Below, piece by piece: positions 1 through 13,126 of a stretch of DNA of 64,000 nt. How positions within the stretch are numbered: the first letter of the stretch is position 1; each line of letters begins with the position of its first letter. This DNA is from Polymyxa betae A26-41 (taxonomy: Eukaryota > Protista > Endomyxa: Phytomyxea). The stretch is from NCBI GenBank assembly GCA_003693705.1, contig RBZT01000234.1:20282-84281 (forward strand), read 5' to 3'. The translations under genes and the position numbers were made by a program. The notes beneath the pieces were generated by a model. It was not told the DNA's origin and ran no database searches. It saw only the letters and a program-made list of their open reading frames with translations.

Positions 1-1350
1 GGAAAGGACAACCATCCCTCGGTATGTTTCCAGATTCGTTGCCAGTGCTTCATGCTGATGATGGATGCTAGATTAGAAGAAGGCTGCCAATCTCAAAGCA
101 TGAATCAGCGCCGTAGCTCTCTGTGTGCAAAAAACGTGAGAGTGTACAAATATGATGATTCATTACCAAATGTAAGATTTCTGTAAATGCCGAGAATAAT
201 ACAATTTGATTTATCAATGTTACCAATTAATGGGGATGAAGCAGAATTCTTTTGAGGGTATTTTAAAGTTACAATCAATTTCCAAGTTCTCATTCAATGA
301 TGCCAGTCTGATGAAATGCAGACGATTGTAAGCACCTACTTCATGATTCAATACGCCTGTCTAGTGAACGTCTAAGAGCAATTTACCTGGGACCGTTGTG
401 GAAATTTTGACTTTGATGCCTGCCACCATATGTCGCATCGATACCACCATGCTAACGCTTTTCTTCTTCGCTTTGTACTGACCTGCAGGAAAGGTCTTAG
501 AATAACCGATTCTCGCTTTAAACAAACGGCAAGGTTTTGACCGAGTTCAGAAACGATTGAACTCAAAATACAGCTGCCGTCACACCTTGGAATACGTGCG
601 ATTGTGGATAATCGCCTGGATGACATTGACGATATTTAGGTATGAAAGTACCTGGCGGGTCATTCAGCAAAGCATAATGCACCTGGATTAAGAGTGAGAT
701 TAAGCAAATGCTGTTAACCATCTAGTTTACAGTTCCATCGCAAAAGAATCGAATGTATCTATAGTATGAGAAGCGCTGAGGGCGATATCCAGACAATTCT
801 GTTCCTTTCGCCCAGTAGCTTACGTGAAGGTAATAAAATCCATCGAACCGTAAATGAGGCTCATGGATAAATTTCTGAATATCAAATTCAGATGCCATGC
901 CAATTCTGCAAAGACGGTAACCTAACCTGCTTCCAATCGGATTTCAATGAAGGCTGTCTTGGGATTGACTGCTCACCAAACTGGGCAGCATAAACGCCTT
1001 GCCACAGATTGGACTGAGCAGCAACTCGGTGCCATAGCCATGAAAGGCATGCACATCGGGCCAGACTAAACGAAGGTTCACGAATCCGTTGAAAACAGGG
1101 CCAAAAACTTACCTATATCCGTCAAGAAATGAGAATATTAGCGAAAGTTGATCCGAATCGAAAGGGAAGTCACTGAATAAACGCTAAGTTCGGACAACAC
1201 ATCAGCATCCTGTCGAATTCGGTACAAGTTCGGTCTAATTTCGATCCCAACAGGGCGATGAACATTTACATGATTTACAGAGTGGGATAGATCGGGAACG
1301 AGCCCAAGCCGTTCCATGCATGGTCTCGGAACCGATCTTAGCACAGCCAT
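1..1350 (-). CDS. F-box domain protein (multi-exon, appears to run off the window start)
   Basis: Splicing across the GT-AG intron at ~1066-1112 gives FPFDSDQLSLIFSFLDGYSLARCACLSWLWHRVAAQSNLWQ, an F-box signature. The start is ATG 1350 or 1317. The downstream domain is not recognised. Confidence 0.65.
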
Positions 1351-2016
1351 GGCCACACTTATCAAAATAGCGTAGCGCCAGACACGTCAGCGAAGCACCC
1401 GGTCTGCGTACTGTACCAATTATTATTCCAAGCGCACCGACTTGTTTTACAATTTTCGGAAGCTATCTAGAATGACCGCATGCCAGCTGTCACTGTCTTC
1501 GCATCGTCGGGATCTTATCATGTTACTACAAAATCTTGATGATTTTCTAGAAAAAACGACGCCAAATCTGACATGTCTGAAATTGAACTGTGTAAAACCA
1601 TGGTCACGGATTCTCTAACCAATAAGCTGCCGGAAGTTTAGCACAGTCAGGCAATCAGTCGTCAGCTTGTTCAGGCAGCACAAAATTGGATGGAATCCAG
1701 AATTTATCGGCGCCCCTCGAAAGCTTTGGCTGCCTGTTCACAGCTTCCACGAGTAAAGAGCGGGACAGATGGCATCGAGCCTTCTGCCCTACGTGCGTGC
1801 TCAATCGAGCAACAGATCGAAGAAAAACAACTTTTTGAATCAGATTGGCTACGGAACTTTTAGCGCGCCTATAAGCGTGAGCACAATGGTGATTGCAGGA
1901 ATGGGTTGAATGAGAAATGAGTCCGCAGGTAGGCCGCGCCTCCTGAGTGTTTAAAGGCAAGGCCTCCTGGATTCTTTTTCGGTCTCACTTTATTAATTTT
2001 AATTTCCTGTATCGGC

Positions 2017-4087
2017 TTGCAGCTGTTGGCGAACAGCTCGGCGATGCTGCAAACGCCAGCGGCGCCGTCGAACTGGCCGCATGCGATAGATTCTCTGTAT
2101 GATAATGGAAAACGCCGGCGCAAACAGTATTTTCCCGATGGGTTACCGGGCATGTATTTGCTCAGCAAAACCGAAGTCGCCGACGATATTGACTTGATCG
2201 AGGCGGATGCTGACCGGACAGGTTTCAGTGCTCGGCGTAGAGCCTGCCGATCTGATGCCAAAGACGAAGCTGAAATGGATCTTGATCTTGGGTACGAAGT
2301 TTGGTTATTTATTTACACTTTGGCATTTAATCGGTCATAAATGGCATCATGATTAAGTTGAGGAGCATTATTTCGTTTCTGTCAATTTTCACTGTTTTTT
2401 GCTTTCTTACTGTTTTCGTTGCTAATTTACAATCTGATATATCTTCACAGAGAGATAGCTAGCGGCGTTCAAAATGGCAATGGAGGACAGAATAAAGCAT
2501 CTAAGCGTCAACGACTTCTGGAAAGAATTCTGGATGAACACGGCATCAGGGAAGATGCCCGTGTTGAATTGACCAAGGTTTGGTCGACCGTCTTTTTTCA
2601 AAAGAGAAACGTTTGCTGAATTCTCGCATGTTTGCTCTACTGTTTTCAATGTACTATATACGATGCTTAAAATGTTTAGGCTCGACGAGCTCTTGATGAT
2701 ATCGGGGAACAAATTCTGGCGATTGGCGATGAGACTGCAAGAGTCGAAAGACATATCGGTAATCTGCTGTTTTTTTGCAGCTTATTATCCGTTTTTATTA
2801 AAATTTGCGATTTAGCGCAATGTAAGGCTGAAGAGGATTCTTTGAAAAGAATCCTCTTTAAAAAACACAGTGAACTCCAACAGATCACCGAAGAGTTCGA
2901 ACAGATCAGGACGGTTTTTCTAATGAAGATTGATGCAGAGACTGAGAACATAACGAAAACAGAAGAGCAGGTAATTTTCTGAAGCGATGTTTTCCCAGAC
3001 AAGATCTGTTGTGTATTGCGTTATTCACTTGGCTCTATTTCTCGGTTGAAACTGTACCAACACGCTGTCCAGATTGACGTTTTCGTTCGCTATGAGCAGA
3101 CATTGGCCGAAAGGAATAATGCGATCAGCTCACAACAGAAAGAGATTGAAGCATTGAAGCATGAACTTTCTGTTTTGAAACAGTGTACTGACTATCGGCA
3201 AGCCAAGACCGAACCAGTCTATCATAATGGCGTCGTGGAAGTCGAAGAGGCTTCTGGATCCGTCGGGACGCCCTCAATTGATTTCTTTATGCAGCGATGT
3301 TCTACAGAACTGCAAGATTTCACAAATCATGTCAAGACTCTCACAGTTCATCTGACTGATATTGAGCAACAAAAAATTGATTTGGAGCAACGGCTGCGGC
3401 ATAGCATGTTGCAGTTGGAATCCGCTCAAAACGAGATCAAGAAACAGTCTGATATTGAGGCACAGTTAAAGGCAGAAAATGCTGCATTAAAAGAGAACGT
3501 TGAAAGGGCCCAGGGAGAGGCGAAGAAGATCGCAAAGATGACGGAACATTTATCTTGCGATGTGGAGATGGGAAATGAGCGAATTGCGGCTTTTCAAATG
3601 GTTGTCGAGGCTGCAGACCAGCGCGTTCGAGTCGCCGAACAAAGGCTTCATGAGGTTACCCACGCCCAGGCAGTTTTAAAAGGTGCAAACATCCAGTTGC
3701 AGGTTTGCTTCATTCTCAGTCCTGTTTCGGCGCTTATTGAGTGTTTTTTAGAGAAAATTGACGCAGTTGGCTGAACAATATCAAGCTTTAAAACAAGAGC
3801 GAGATGGTTTAGAAATGGATCTTGCCGGCGGTGGAAATGGCTCTCCTCCGTCGCCTCTTGCCCAAGGCTTTGAAGACGATAGGCAAGATAACAATGTCTC
3901 ATCCAACAATGTCTCCGATATTTATGATAACGGCGTCTTGGACGACAACGGTGACGGTGAGACCATGGCTTCAGGCGTGGTTCAACAGTCTCCGATGCAC
4001 CCAGAAGAAGTCACAACGACCGTTCGAAAAGTTGGTCGTCCGAGTAATAAGTCACTAGCGTCTCGTAGACGTTCGTCTCGAGCCTAG
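2017..4087 (+). CDS. Coiled-coil protein of unknown function (multi-exon, 5' end uncertain, may begin ~1570-1770)
   Basis: Successive + strand exons (2017-2292, ~2452-2577, ~2680-2970, ~3100-3702, ~3751-4087) with long E/Q/K/L heptad-rich helices and a basic tail (RKVGRPSNK...RRRSSRA). Confidence 0.6.
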
Positions 4088-4568
4088 GCAGTTCTTGCAC
4101 ATAACGTAAAATGCAGCTTTAATAAATTCCACTGCTGCGAAGACATCAATCCTGTTTTGAAATGTATTCAATCACAAAACACGATTAGTGATATTCATTC
4201 AAACAATCAGTTTCTATGTTTTCCTGTATCTCAAAGTTTAATGAGAAACGAACTGTGAATTGGATTGGATTTTGCCTGATTTTACATTTGTGCTGCAGGT
4301 TGTGCAAAAATCCTCATTGTCCTGTATAGAATCTCACTTTCCTTTGGTCATGAGATTATAACACAGCATGTTGAACCTCCGTGATTCTAAGAGCATTCAC
4401 TGGAACAACAAAAGTTCACGTGATGAGCTGAAACCAGTGCGTCTTGCGTTTTGAACTGAAAATGTCGAGCTGGGGCCTGAAGGTCTCTGCATGTTTGGAT
4501 GTGAAGCCAAAGGAGGCCGCGCCCCTCTTCTTTGCTTTAATGCGGCAAAGAGCTGCTGGTCGCTGTCG

Positions 4569-5441
4569 ATGGCGACCAACGCCGACAACTTGGCTTGGAT
4601 TTCTGATGAGGACGATCCAGTAGGTAACCAGAATCGTCCATTGGGATCATGTCGAATAACATATCGACGAACCATAGGTAGATGTTGAACGTCGCCTTCG
4701 CATCGCAAGAATGACGGCACCAATGCCATACGATGACGATGAGATGACACCAGCCCAACTCTCCAGATTCATGGCCACTGCCCGGCGTCTGACATCAAGA
4801 AGGAACCCGGATTATATGCAGATCGAACGTGAGAAACGGAATGATCACACGACATACTACAATATTTTCTTCGTCATCGATACGAACGCGATTCTGCAAT
4901 ATTTCGACTGGTTGCTGTCGATCGGCCCCATATTTGCAAACGAGAGTATTGTCATAATCGTACCATCAATCGTTATGGACGAGCTTGATGGGCTTAAGGT
5001 ACCGTCCATGGGTTTCTATTCTTTATCTTTTTTGTCAGCGTTTTAAACGACATTTTGTAGTATTTTCAAAAAATATTCTAATATACCGTTAAGAATGGTG
5101 GCAATGATTTAGCTGCTAGAGTGAGGCAGATATCCCGACAGCTTTACGATTTGCTAAGGAGACAAGACCGGTCTATCCGGGGACAAGTTGTGACCAGGGC
5201 GATGTTATCGGATCTACCAGCCACAGCCTCAAACGACGAAAAGATTCTGGCTTGCTGTGTCTGGCTTAAGAGAACTACCAGAGTTATACTCTTCACAAGC
5301 GATGTAAATCTTAAAGTGAAGGCGCTAGTGGAGGGTATTCCGGCCGTTGGAAGTGAAGACATCGACAAAGCTGTGAATGAGGACGCCATTGGTCCATTCA
5401 TTGACAGTTCATATAACGAAACTGTGCATCAAACCTATTAG
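4569..5441 (+). CDS. PIN-domain ribonuclease (SWT1/PIN_4-like)
   Basis: PIN motifs FVIDTN, IIVPSIVMDELDGLK, NDEKILACC and LFTSDVNLKVKALVEGI. One intron at ~4999-5093. The start is approximate. Confidence 0.85.
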
Positions 5442-5599
5442 TTCACTTTCTATCTACAACAATCTATTGTATTTCTATGTATTTCTACTAAATTATATCC
5501 CAACCCAATTCCCATTCTAATATGCTGAACCAAGATATGAGTCAACATTGTCAACCCTTCGATTATGTTCGTGATGACTCATTTACCACATTGACCGAC

Positions 5600-5902
5600 A
5601 TGCGTTATCGCTCGATATTGGTTGCCGTCACGCTCTCGGCATTTGTAGCAGTTGCATATTCGGCTTCAGCCGATCCTTTCGAATTCATCAGATGTCGAAC
5701 TGACTGCTTGCGTCGTCAAAACGTCTGTGTCACATTCTGTCAGAAAACTTGCCGCATTTTTGAACATCAAACTGTCGATGAAGAAGAATGTGGTTTGTTC
5801 CTGGATAAATGCAACCAATGCTGGACAGATTGCCACTCCAGCGCATTACAATGTTTCGAGAAATGCTATCCCGATTACGATGCGGCTGCTATACATCATT
5901 AA
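5600..5902 (+). CDS. Small secreted cysteine-rich protein (effector candidate)
   Basis: ATG 5600 opens the signal-peptide-like MRYRSILVAVTLSAFVAVAYSASA, followed by a ~76-aa mature part with 11 Cys. Intronless. Confidence 0.75.
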   Translation: MRYRSILVAVTLSAFVAVAYSASADPFEFIRCRTDCLRRQNVCVTFCQKTCRIFEHQTVDEEECGLFLDKCNQCWTDCHSSALQCFEKCYPDYDAAAIHH

Positions 5903-6164
5903 TCTGGAAGAGCCTCGAAGTCCTATCTTCACCGAAACAATGCCGCAAGTTCAAGTTCTATCGTAAACAAAAACGGCACGGTTGCTCAAATTAAATTTGA
6001 TTAAATCTCCCAGTATTCCAGCAGCAGTGGTACCATGATCCTTTGAGAATTGCGATTTTGTTTTTCATTCAGTATCAGTGGATATTGTGACGATCCTGGA
6101 AAATGCAAAGGGGCGCTTTATATAAATAAAAGACGATGCATGATTCCATATTATACATTGACGA

Positions 6165-8274
6165 CTAGGAGTATCGTATCAAGGCCTGTTCAGCGAAGAA
6201 TTTCACATCAGGATCTGAATCGTCCTTTTCCGATAGTCAGTATATAACATTGCCCAAAATCAAATCTCATTTACCTTTAGTTTCTGTAAGACAGGCTTCA
6301 CTTGGGTCGACTTATATGAAGACTCCAGGTATTGACCGATTTCGATCAGACTTCGAGCAACGTTCAATCGAACTACCATTCAAATCAGACGTACAATAAC
6401 AACAGAAGACATAATTCACCATTCGGGGTCGGATCTTTGGCGGCGTTAACCAAAATCGAAGCTAACGTCGTGGATGCAAACTGGCCCTTAAAGGATGTAA
6501 TACATTCCATCGCGATTTGGTGGGGAATTAAGCGATGCAGATAATTACTCTTGGATTCGAACAACTTCAATATTTCAGGAATCAGTTTTGCCTAACACGG
6601 CGGTTCATAAGAACGACATCAGCCGGAAAAGCAACATACCTGGCCCCATTCGACACCAAAGTTCTGAATGAGTAGCTTAATCTGCGAGGCAGTAACCGTC
6701 CTTACCTCAGAAACCGTATCGCCGATTAGCCTCATCACTATATGATGATATTTCTGTTCATAGACAGAAACTGGGACGCTCTTAGTCAGAATCGGGATCT
6801 TTACAACCACACCCAATCGAATACGCCACTAAATCACAGAGCATTAGATACGAGACGACTCGCTAAATTCAAAACCAGAAAGAAAATGGCAAGCAATGCC
6901 ATCCAAAAGTAACGAGACCAAGTATGCAAAAAGTAGATGAATCTTTCAGAATCTCAATTTTACCTTGGCGTCATTGGAGAGTGTCGTTAAGGTGGGAGCG
7001 AGCAACTGAGCCCAAGGTTCACTACCGGGAGGCGTGATCGTCACATCGATGTTATCTAAGATGTTCATTCGAACCTCGTAAATCTCGTCAGTGAGCAACT
7101 GCAGTAATAACGGGAACATGGTCGTTTGAGCAGCTTTTAAATCGACCAGAGCGCACAAGGTCGGCAGCACCTTGGCGAAGCCGAATCGCGCATCTTCGAA
7201 TGGATCCGTCGAGAGCGCTTTCGCCACCGGAACAATGTGCTGGCTAGTTAACGCTGGTCCAACAGCTTTTGCAGTTTCGATGATCGATTCGATAGAAGCC
7301 GCCCGAACTTCGCCTTCGGGATCCACCAACAATTTGCTGAAAATCGGCATGAAATTGGCGCTCTGAACTTCGGCCGGAGACGCCGCACAGATGGCACCGA
7401 ATCGTCGCGCCAGATGGCGACGAACCCGCCAGCTCATGTCGGCGGACGCTTCCTCCACCAATGGAATCGAGATGTCGTTCGCCAGCGTGGCATCGATAAC
7501 CTTGGCCGTCTCCACAGCACAATCTGCCAAATACATTCGCGACGCATCCTGATCTTCTTCACAAAGCGCTCGAAGCAGCGTCACTAAGTCGGTTCGTAAA
7601 AACGTCACACCGACAATCGAGCAGAGTTCAGGCAGGGCGGCAAACGCCGTTTTTCGGACCATTGGCGTTTCGTCAGCGATGAGCTTGGCAATAATCTGGC
7701 GTAGCGTCGATTTGCCTTGATCTGATGTGACCCGTTTGTAAATCGGAATGATGAGCTGAGCTGATGAGCAGCGCCCTGAGAACCAAGTTGTTGACGCCAG
7801 CCTCTCACAACATGGCAGAAGCAGCTCTAATGCTACGGCGGGAGATGATAAAGCCGCGATTCTGGCAGCGCCTCGGGCGGCCGCTTCCCGAACACACGTC
7901 TCATCGGCCTGCATCAAGGCTTCCAACATCGTTAAAACGCTGCTAGCTGGTAAATTCACAGCTGGTGAGCACAACTCTCCTAACTGTTCAGAAAGAACTG
8001 ATAGCGCCTCGTCGCTGACCACCCGATCAAATGTCTCCTGCAATGGCGAGACGCCAGCACATTCTGCTCCGCTTGCAGCGGCGGCAGCATTTTCATTGGC
8101 CATCTCGTCAGCGTTTCTCAGCGTTGCAAACTGGGAGAGCATTGGCAGAAGTTCGGCCTTGGCACGAGTTGGTCCCAGGGCTAGCGCTACTGTCTCCAGA
8201 CGTCGGAGCGTCTTCAATACGATGGCGGTATCTTCGCTGTAGAGCCCATCATGCAGGAGTTTGAGCGGATCCAT
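6165..8274 (-). CDS. PPP2R1: Protein phosphatase 2A scaffold subunit A (PR65, HEAT repeats)
   Basis: Motifs ALALGPTRAKAELLP, DETCVRE, WFSGRCS, DETPMVR, DMSWRVR, DPEGEVR, then in downstream exons WRIR, NYLHR, KDPTPNVRLNVARSL and DSDPDVKFFAEQAL-stop (6165). Confidence 0.95.
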
Positions 8275-8864
8275 AGCAGGGGACGCCGCGCTTGGATACT
8301 CGCCTCTGGGCGTCTCTCCCAACGACGATTATGACGGGAAGCCCGGACCGAGGAAGAGGGCGGCCACAACTGCAGACGACCGTCAGACCCTTTCTTGAAA
8401 TGAAGCTGATGACAGGCCGGCTGGAATCGGAACTCGGAATGGGTCCAAGGACCAGCTTAGGGTGTGGAAAGGCACGCTTTTTTCCGATCCTGGATTATGT
8501 TAGTTTCGTATCGGATCGGTTCTAGATTGATCACCTTTAGTCAATGATGGATCGCTAGGCAATCGGTTGTGATATTTGAATTCTAATTGCCCTTTGTTTC
8601 TCGATGATGCTGATAAATGTTGACAAATAAAAGGTGACTGTTTAAAGGGAGAGAGCGCAACCTCTTCTCAGGCATGGTCGATGTAACATATTACACATTC
8701 AGCTTGGATCCATCTCATATGGGATCTCTCATTTCTTAATTAATTGCCATAACTGTAGAAAGTCTGATTAGAGAGCGTGATTGGCATTTGCCAAGGAATC
8801 GGTGAACCCGATTGGTTCAGGACGCAGTTTCTTGCCGTCTTCAAGAAGCTCTTCTGCGACTGGA

Positions 8865-11163
8865 ATGGGCGACGATGCCGAATCGTTCGCGTGCTGCATC
8901 TGCAGCCTAAGCTTAGACAGTATGAATCTGATGGAAAGAGAAGCCCATGTGAACCAGTGTTGCGAGGATAGGGAGAGCTGTGATGTGGTTTCCATTAGCT
9001 CCACTGAAACTACCGAACGGTATGACCATTCAGCAACGAATCCAGCACTGCTGCACCCAGCTCAATGCGAACAGAAAAGTCTGTCGAGTTATTCTATTTC
9101 GAATAATAATTTTGAAATCGTTCATGATCGTGTTGAAATAAGTCCAAATTTTCTTGATTGTCTGAAGACGTCCAGTGATTCCACTTGTCGACATCTAAGT
9201 TCGGAAAAAGGAAGTGATGCGAAGGATGAAAATCGTCAAATCAATCGGGCTAATATTAGCCATGAATTTAACACTCTACTGAAAGAGTGTCAAACCGATG
9301 TTCCTCGCTGCTCCTTTCCGGGAACTTCGACTGGCTCTGAGTCTGACGATGGTGTGGATGGCGAATTGACGTTTTTCAGAAATCGTAGAATAGGCCAAAC
9401 TGACCTTCTACGTCGACTGAAAGCTTCTGGCAAAATTTCTGGTTTGGGTTCCGGCGTTACCTGTTGCTTTTGAATAACTCAGTCAGCAGAATCGAGAGTC
9501 AACGAAGGAGGCGTTGTCGAAAAGCATGAACTTCCTCAATCCAAAGATGGCGATCAAAATGCAGACTCAGGTTTGCTTTCAGCCTGAAGCTTACATAACT
9601 TTCTGATTGACACATATAGACAAAGAACTTGATTTCAGCTGTAGAACATCAGAAAAGTCGTTACCTCTCTCACGCGATGTGATTTCTGATGGTTGGGTCG
9701 TATCCCTCTGCTATTCCGACTTTACGCTGACAGATCTGTAGAAGGCGTATTCGACATAGCCACTAGATTTACAACCACGAGTCTTTGCTATGAATCTGTT
9801 TCTGTAGCATTCTGCTCAATGTGACTGTCTAGATCTCGTCGCCGAAGCTCATGAGCCACGTAAAACGTTCCGATGCTGGCTTTGTGCGAAAACAATCACG
9901 TTAGGGTCGCTATCAAATACTGATCATATCGCCTTCTGCTCGGGCCTAAATCGCCAAATTCTGGATGCTATTTTACCCGATTGCGAGAACCTGTACGATT
10001 ATCCAGACGGATTGCTTTTTTTGTGACTTTTGCTTTTAGCTCAACGCCTCAAGTGCTTCCACCTGCAATTGAGCGGATCGATTCGATCATCGATAGGCTA
10101 AAGAAAGTTCGTGATACTCTAAACGTATTGAAATCGTAGCCCTCGGTTGTGTTATTGTTCTGATGCTTTCTAGGGACTGTGCCCCATTCCAAATTCGAAT
10201 GAGCATTCGGCTCAGTCCAAGGCGCTGCCAATAAGATCAAAGCCCGGTACCTCTCAGGTAGGCTTCTTGCATTTTTTCTGCTGTTTGACTCACAAACGCC
10301 AAGAGGAAATTACCTGTGAAAGGGCTTTCATCAATCCCATCAGAAGACCAAGAGAACTGTTTTTCAGCTGTTAATGAACGGACAGAAGCTTTACCACCCT
10401 GTCCTGACTATAAATCCATGTCGGTTCCTGAGCTCAAGGTTAGCTTGTAATTTGTGGAAGAACTTCAAAAAGCAACTTAATCAGGGCCTTTCTCGCTACT
10501 CGTCCTAACTGATTTCTAGAAATTAATGGCGAAATACGGTTATCGAGCTGGAACCAAAGCCTACATGGTTCGGGAGCTCACATTGGCTTGGCAAGCACTG
10601 CACTCTCCTGCAGAACCCGCTCCAGATTTTTGCCCACAACCTGACGAACCAGAAGCTGAATTACCGCCAAGGGATTCCTTTAGATCACCAGTAAGATCTA
10701 GAGCTCGGAAGGTCGTTCGTGGTTCCCCTTTTTCTTTCAATAAACCCGATGTTTAAATTTTGTCGTTATGTTTTCGTCAAAGTTCGAGATTTCAAATGCT
10801 GTCAAGACGTTCAAGCATCATACTCTGAATTTGAAAATGTTTAGACATCAACTGCTGATTGCGAATCGAGAAGCGAAGCTATCAAGAAGTTCATTGTAGA
10901 TCATGAGCGTCTTCTCGAGCATATTCTATGCCTTCAGGTTCGATAAAAATCATCTTATTACCTATAATTAATGCTGTCTCAATCAGCCGATCGATATAAA
11001 AGAACTGCACGCTGCAATGTGTCAACGAAACATAGCTGTCTCGCTAAAGGTCGGTTTTGTGCCAACTGATGGTATGAATCTGTCGCTCATTCTTTGGTAG
11101 GACGTTCGAGCATTCTGTCGCTTTCATGGACTAAACGTTGTTGGCAATTGGAGAAAAACTTAA
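8865..11163 (+). CDS. SLX4: Structure-specific endonuclease scaffold SLX4-like (multi-exon)
   Basis: N-terminal UBZ-type finger (CCIC...REAHVNQC), SAP domain (PDYKSMSVPELK/KLMAKYGYR...LAWQALH) and C-terminal SLX1-binding domain (HILCLQPIDIKELHA...DVRAFCRFHGL). TAA at 11161-11163. Confidence 0.8.
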
Positions 11164-11468
11164 AATTTTCTCATTAGCAGACCAATCTCCAGCGTGGCAG
11201 AATATCGGGAGACAGAAACTGTTTTGTTGAACTGGTGATATAGACAGGTCTTTGAGTCGATGCATTGCGGATTTTGGGGTTTAATTCGAAAACAGTGATG
11301 TTGTAGGTTGAGTCAATGATGACTCCTGCTCCTTCTATTAATTCAGTGAATAATGCATCTGGGCTCATTCAGCCTATTTAAAAGTTGGTCGAAGCCAGGC
11401 TCACCTTTCTCTTTAACTTAAGCATTCAACTCTGTTGTTTGCAAGGACTTTAAAATCGACTTAATTTA

Positions 11469-12419
11469 ATGGAAGAAATTAATGCTGTCACAGCTCGGCG
11501 GGCCAAATCTCTGGACAACGTTCCGAAATCACGCCGTCATTCCCAAACTTTAATCTTGGGCTACGATCTCGAACGTGTCATCCGCAAAACATTGCAAGGC
11601 TCAGTGATGCTAATGAAGCAATCGAGAACAGGGCGTCAAGTTGCCGTTAAGGTCGCCCATAAAAGATACGTTGATAGCGGGTTGGCGTCGAACGGAGTCC
11701 GAATCTGTGAGAACGTCCGCAACGAGGCCAAACTGCTGAAAGCGCTGACAGCGACGCCCTGCGCTAACATCATCCAATTACTGGATTACAGAGAAGACCC
11801 TGACAAATTCGTTCTGGTCATGGAGCTGGCCCAGGGCGGCGAACTTTTCGACTGGGTCAAGGCGCATGGCAAAGTATCGGATGCGAAGGCGCGAGCCATG
11901 TTTCGCGGGATTACGAGAGCGGTGTCGTTCCTTCACAAACGCAACGTCTGCCATTTAGATTTGTCTTTGGAGAACGTCCTGCTAACGACAGATTCCACGC
12001 CGAAGCTTTGCGATTTCGGTCTCGCTCGCGTGTTCGTGCCTGGCGTCAAGTTTCGCGGGAACGTTCACGCCAGGCCCGGGAAGCTGTCATACATGTCGCC
12101 CGAGGTCTATTCAGGGGCCGATTTCGATGGTTCTGCCGCCGACGTCTGGTCGCTAGGTATCGTACTCTTCATCATCGTGTTCGGGTTCCCGCCGTTCGAA
12201 GTCGCGTCGCGCTCTGATGTTCGCTACGACTTCATGCTGAAACGGGGCCTGGGTTCCCTGCTGCAGGAATGGGACCTTCGAAAGGAGATCAGCGACGACT
12301 GCCTCGATCTGATCTGCAAAATCCTGCAGCCAGAATCACAACGACTCACCCTGACCCAGGTCCTGCAGCATCCTTGGATGACCAGCTCGAAAGTCCTTGA
12401 TGCTGTGGTTAAAGAATAA
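11469..12419 (+). CDS. Ser/Thr protein kinase, CAMK-like, intronless
   Basis: 316-aa ORF with VAVK, ELAQGGELF, HLDLSLEN, DFG, YMSPE and DVWSLG. Confidence 0.95.
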   Translation: MEEINAVTARRAKSLDNVPKSRRHSQTLILGYDLERVIRKTLQGSVMLMKQSRTGRQVAVKVAHKRYVDSGLASNGVRICENVRNEAKLLKALTATPCANIIQLLDYREDPDKFVLVMELAQGGELFDWVKAHGKVSDAKARAMFRGITRAVSFLHKRNVCHLDLSLENVLLTTDSTPKLCDFGLARVFVPGVKFRGNVHARPGKLSYMSPEVYSGADFDGSAADVWSLGIVLFIIVFGFPPFEVASRSDVRYDFMLKRGLGSLLQEWDLRKEISDDCLDLICKILQPESQRLTLTQVLQHPWMTSSKVLDAVVKE

Positions 12420-12673
12420 GGTTCATTACTAAAGGATTCTACCATGCCGCGATAGGAAGAAGTACGACAGAGCAGCTCTTGTTGGAATTCAAAATGATGC
12501 ATCGCACAGGTCTGAGTTTATAGACTATTCACTATTGAATGTAGCCTGTAGGTATGTAGGTAAAGAGAGACAATTTGGATTTTTTGACGTAAAATTTGCC
12601 AAAAAAAAATCGCGCAGATTCCACGAACTTTTGCGCCACTGTATGTGTGCAGAAAATTTTCTCCATTTTCATC

Positions 12674-13126
12674 ATGATTCGAAGGAGCATCGCTGCTGTT
12701 ATAGATCGGCTAGCTTGTGGACGTTGTCGGCATTCGACTTTAGTGCCTCAACGATGTCTAGCTCCTTTCAGACCGAGCGGCTTTCGAGCATTTTCAAGCC
12801 TACCCGCTAAGGGATCTGTCGATTCTGGCGTCGTTTCTTCAACATCAGAGGCAGATCCAAGGCTCCATATACTGTTTACTTGCAAGGTGTGCTCCACGAG
12901 ATCTGCAAAGTCCATGTCACGCCAGGCTTATACCCATGGTGTCGTAATCGCCCGCTGCTCAGGCTGTAACAATCTGCATTTGATCGCCGACAATCTCAAC
13001 TACTTCGGTCGCGGCCGCTGTAATATTCAAGATATCATCGGCGATAAGAACATTGTCAAAATCGACGATGGAACCTGGGAGGTCCCTCCAGAAGTCGTTG
13101 CCGGTGGCTCAATCAACATTGCTTAA
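12674..13126 (+). CDS. ZIM17: Mitochondrial DNL zinc-finger Hsp70 escort protein (Zim17/Tim15/Hep1)
   Basis: R/S-rich presequence followed by FTCKVC...AYTHGVVIARCSGCNNLHLIADNL. Confidence 0.93.
   Translation: MIRRSIAAVIDRLACGRCRHSTLVPQRCLAPFRPSGFRAFSSLPAKGSVDSGVVSSTSEADPRLHILFTCKVCSTRSAKSMSRQAYTHGVVIARCSGCNNLHLIADNLNYFGRGRCNIQDIIGDKNIVKIDDGTWEVPPEVVAGGSINIA

Noticed and set aside
2017-2340. Sds3-like similarity (YLLSKTEVADDIDLI)
   Set aside because: The motif is too short and the upstream exon structure could not be resolved.
8540-8624. Possible C/D-box snoRNA
   Set aside because: The C box is imperfect (ATGATGG) and no guide complementarity could be identified.
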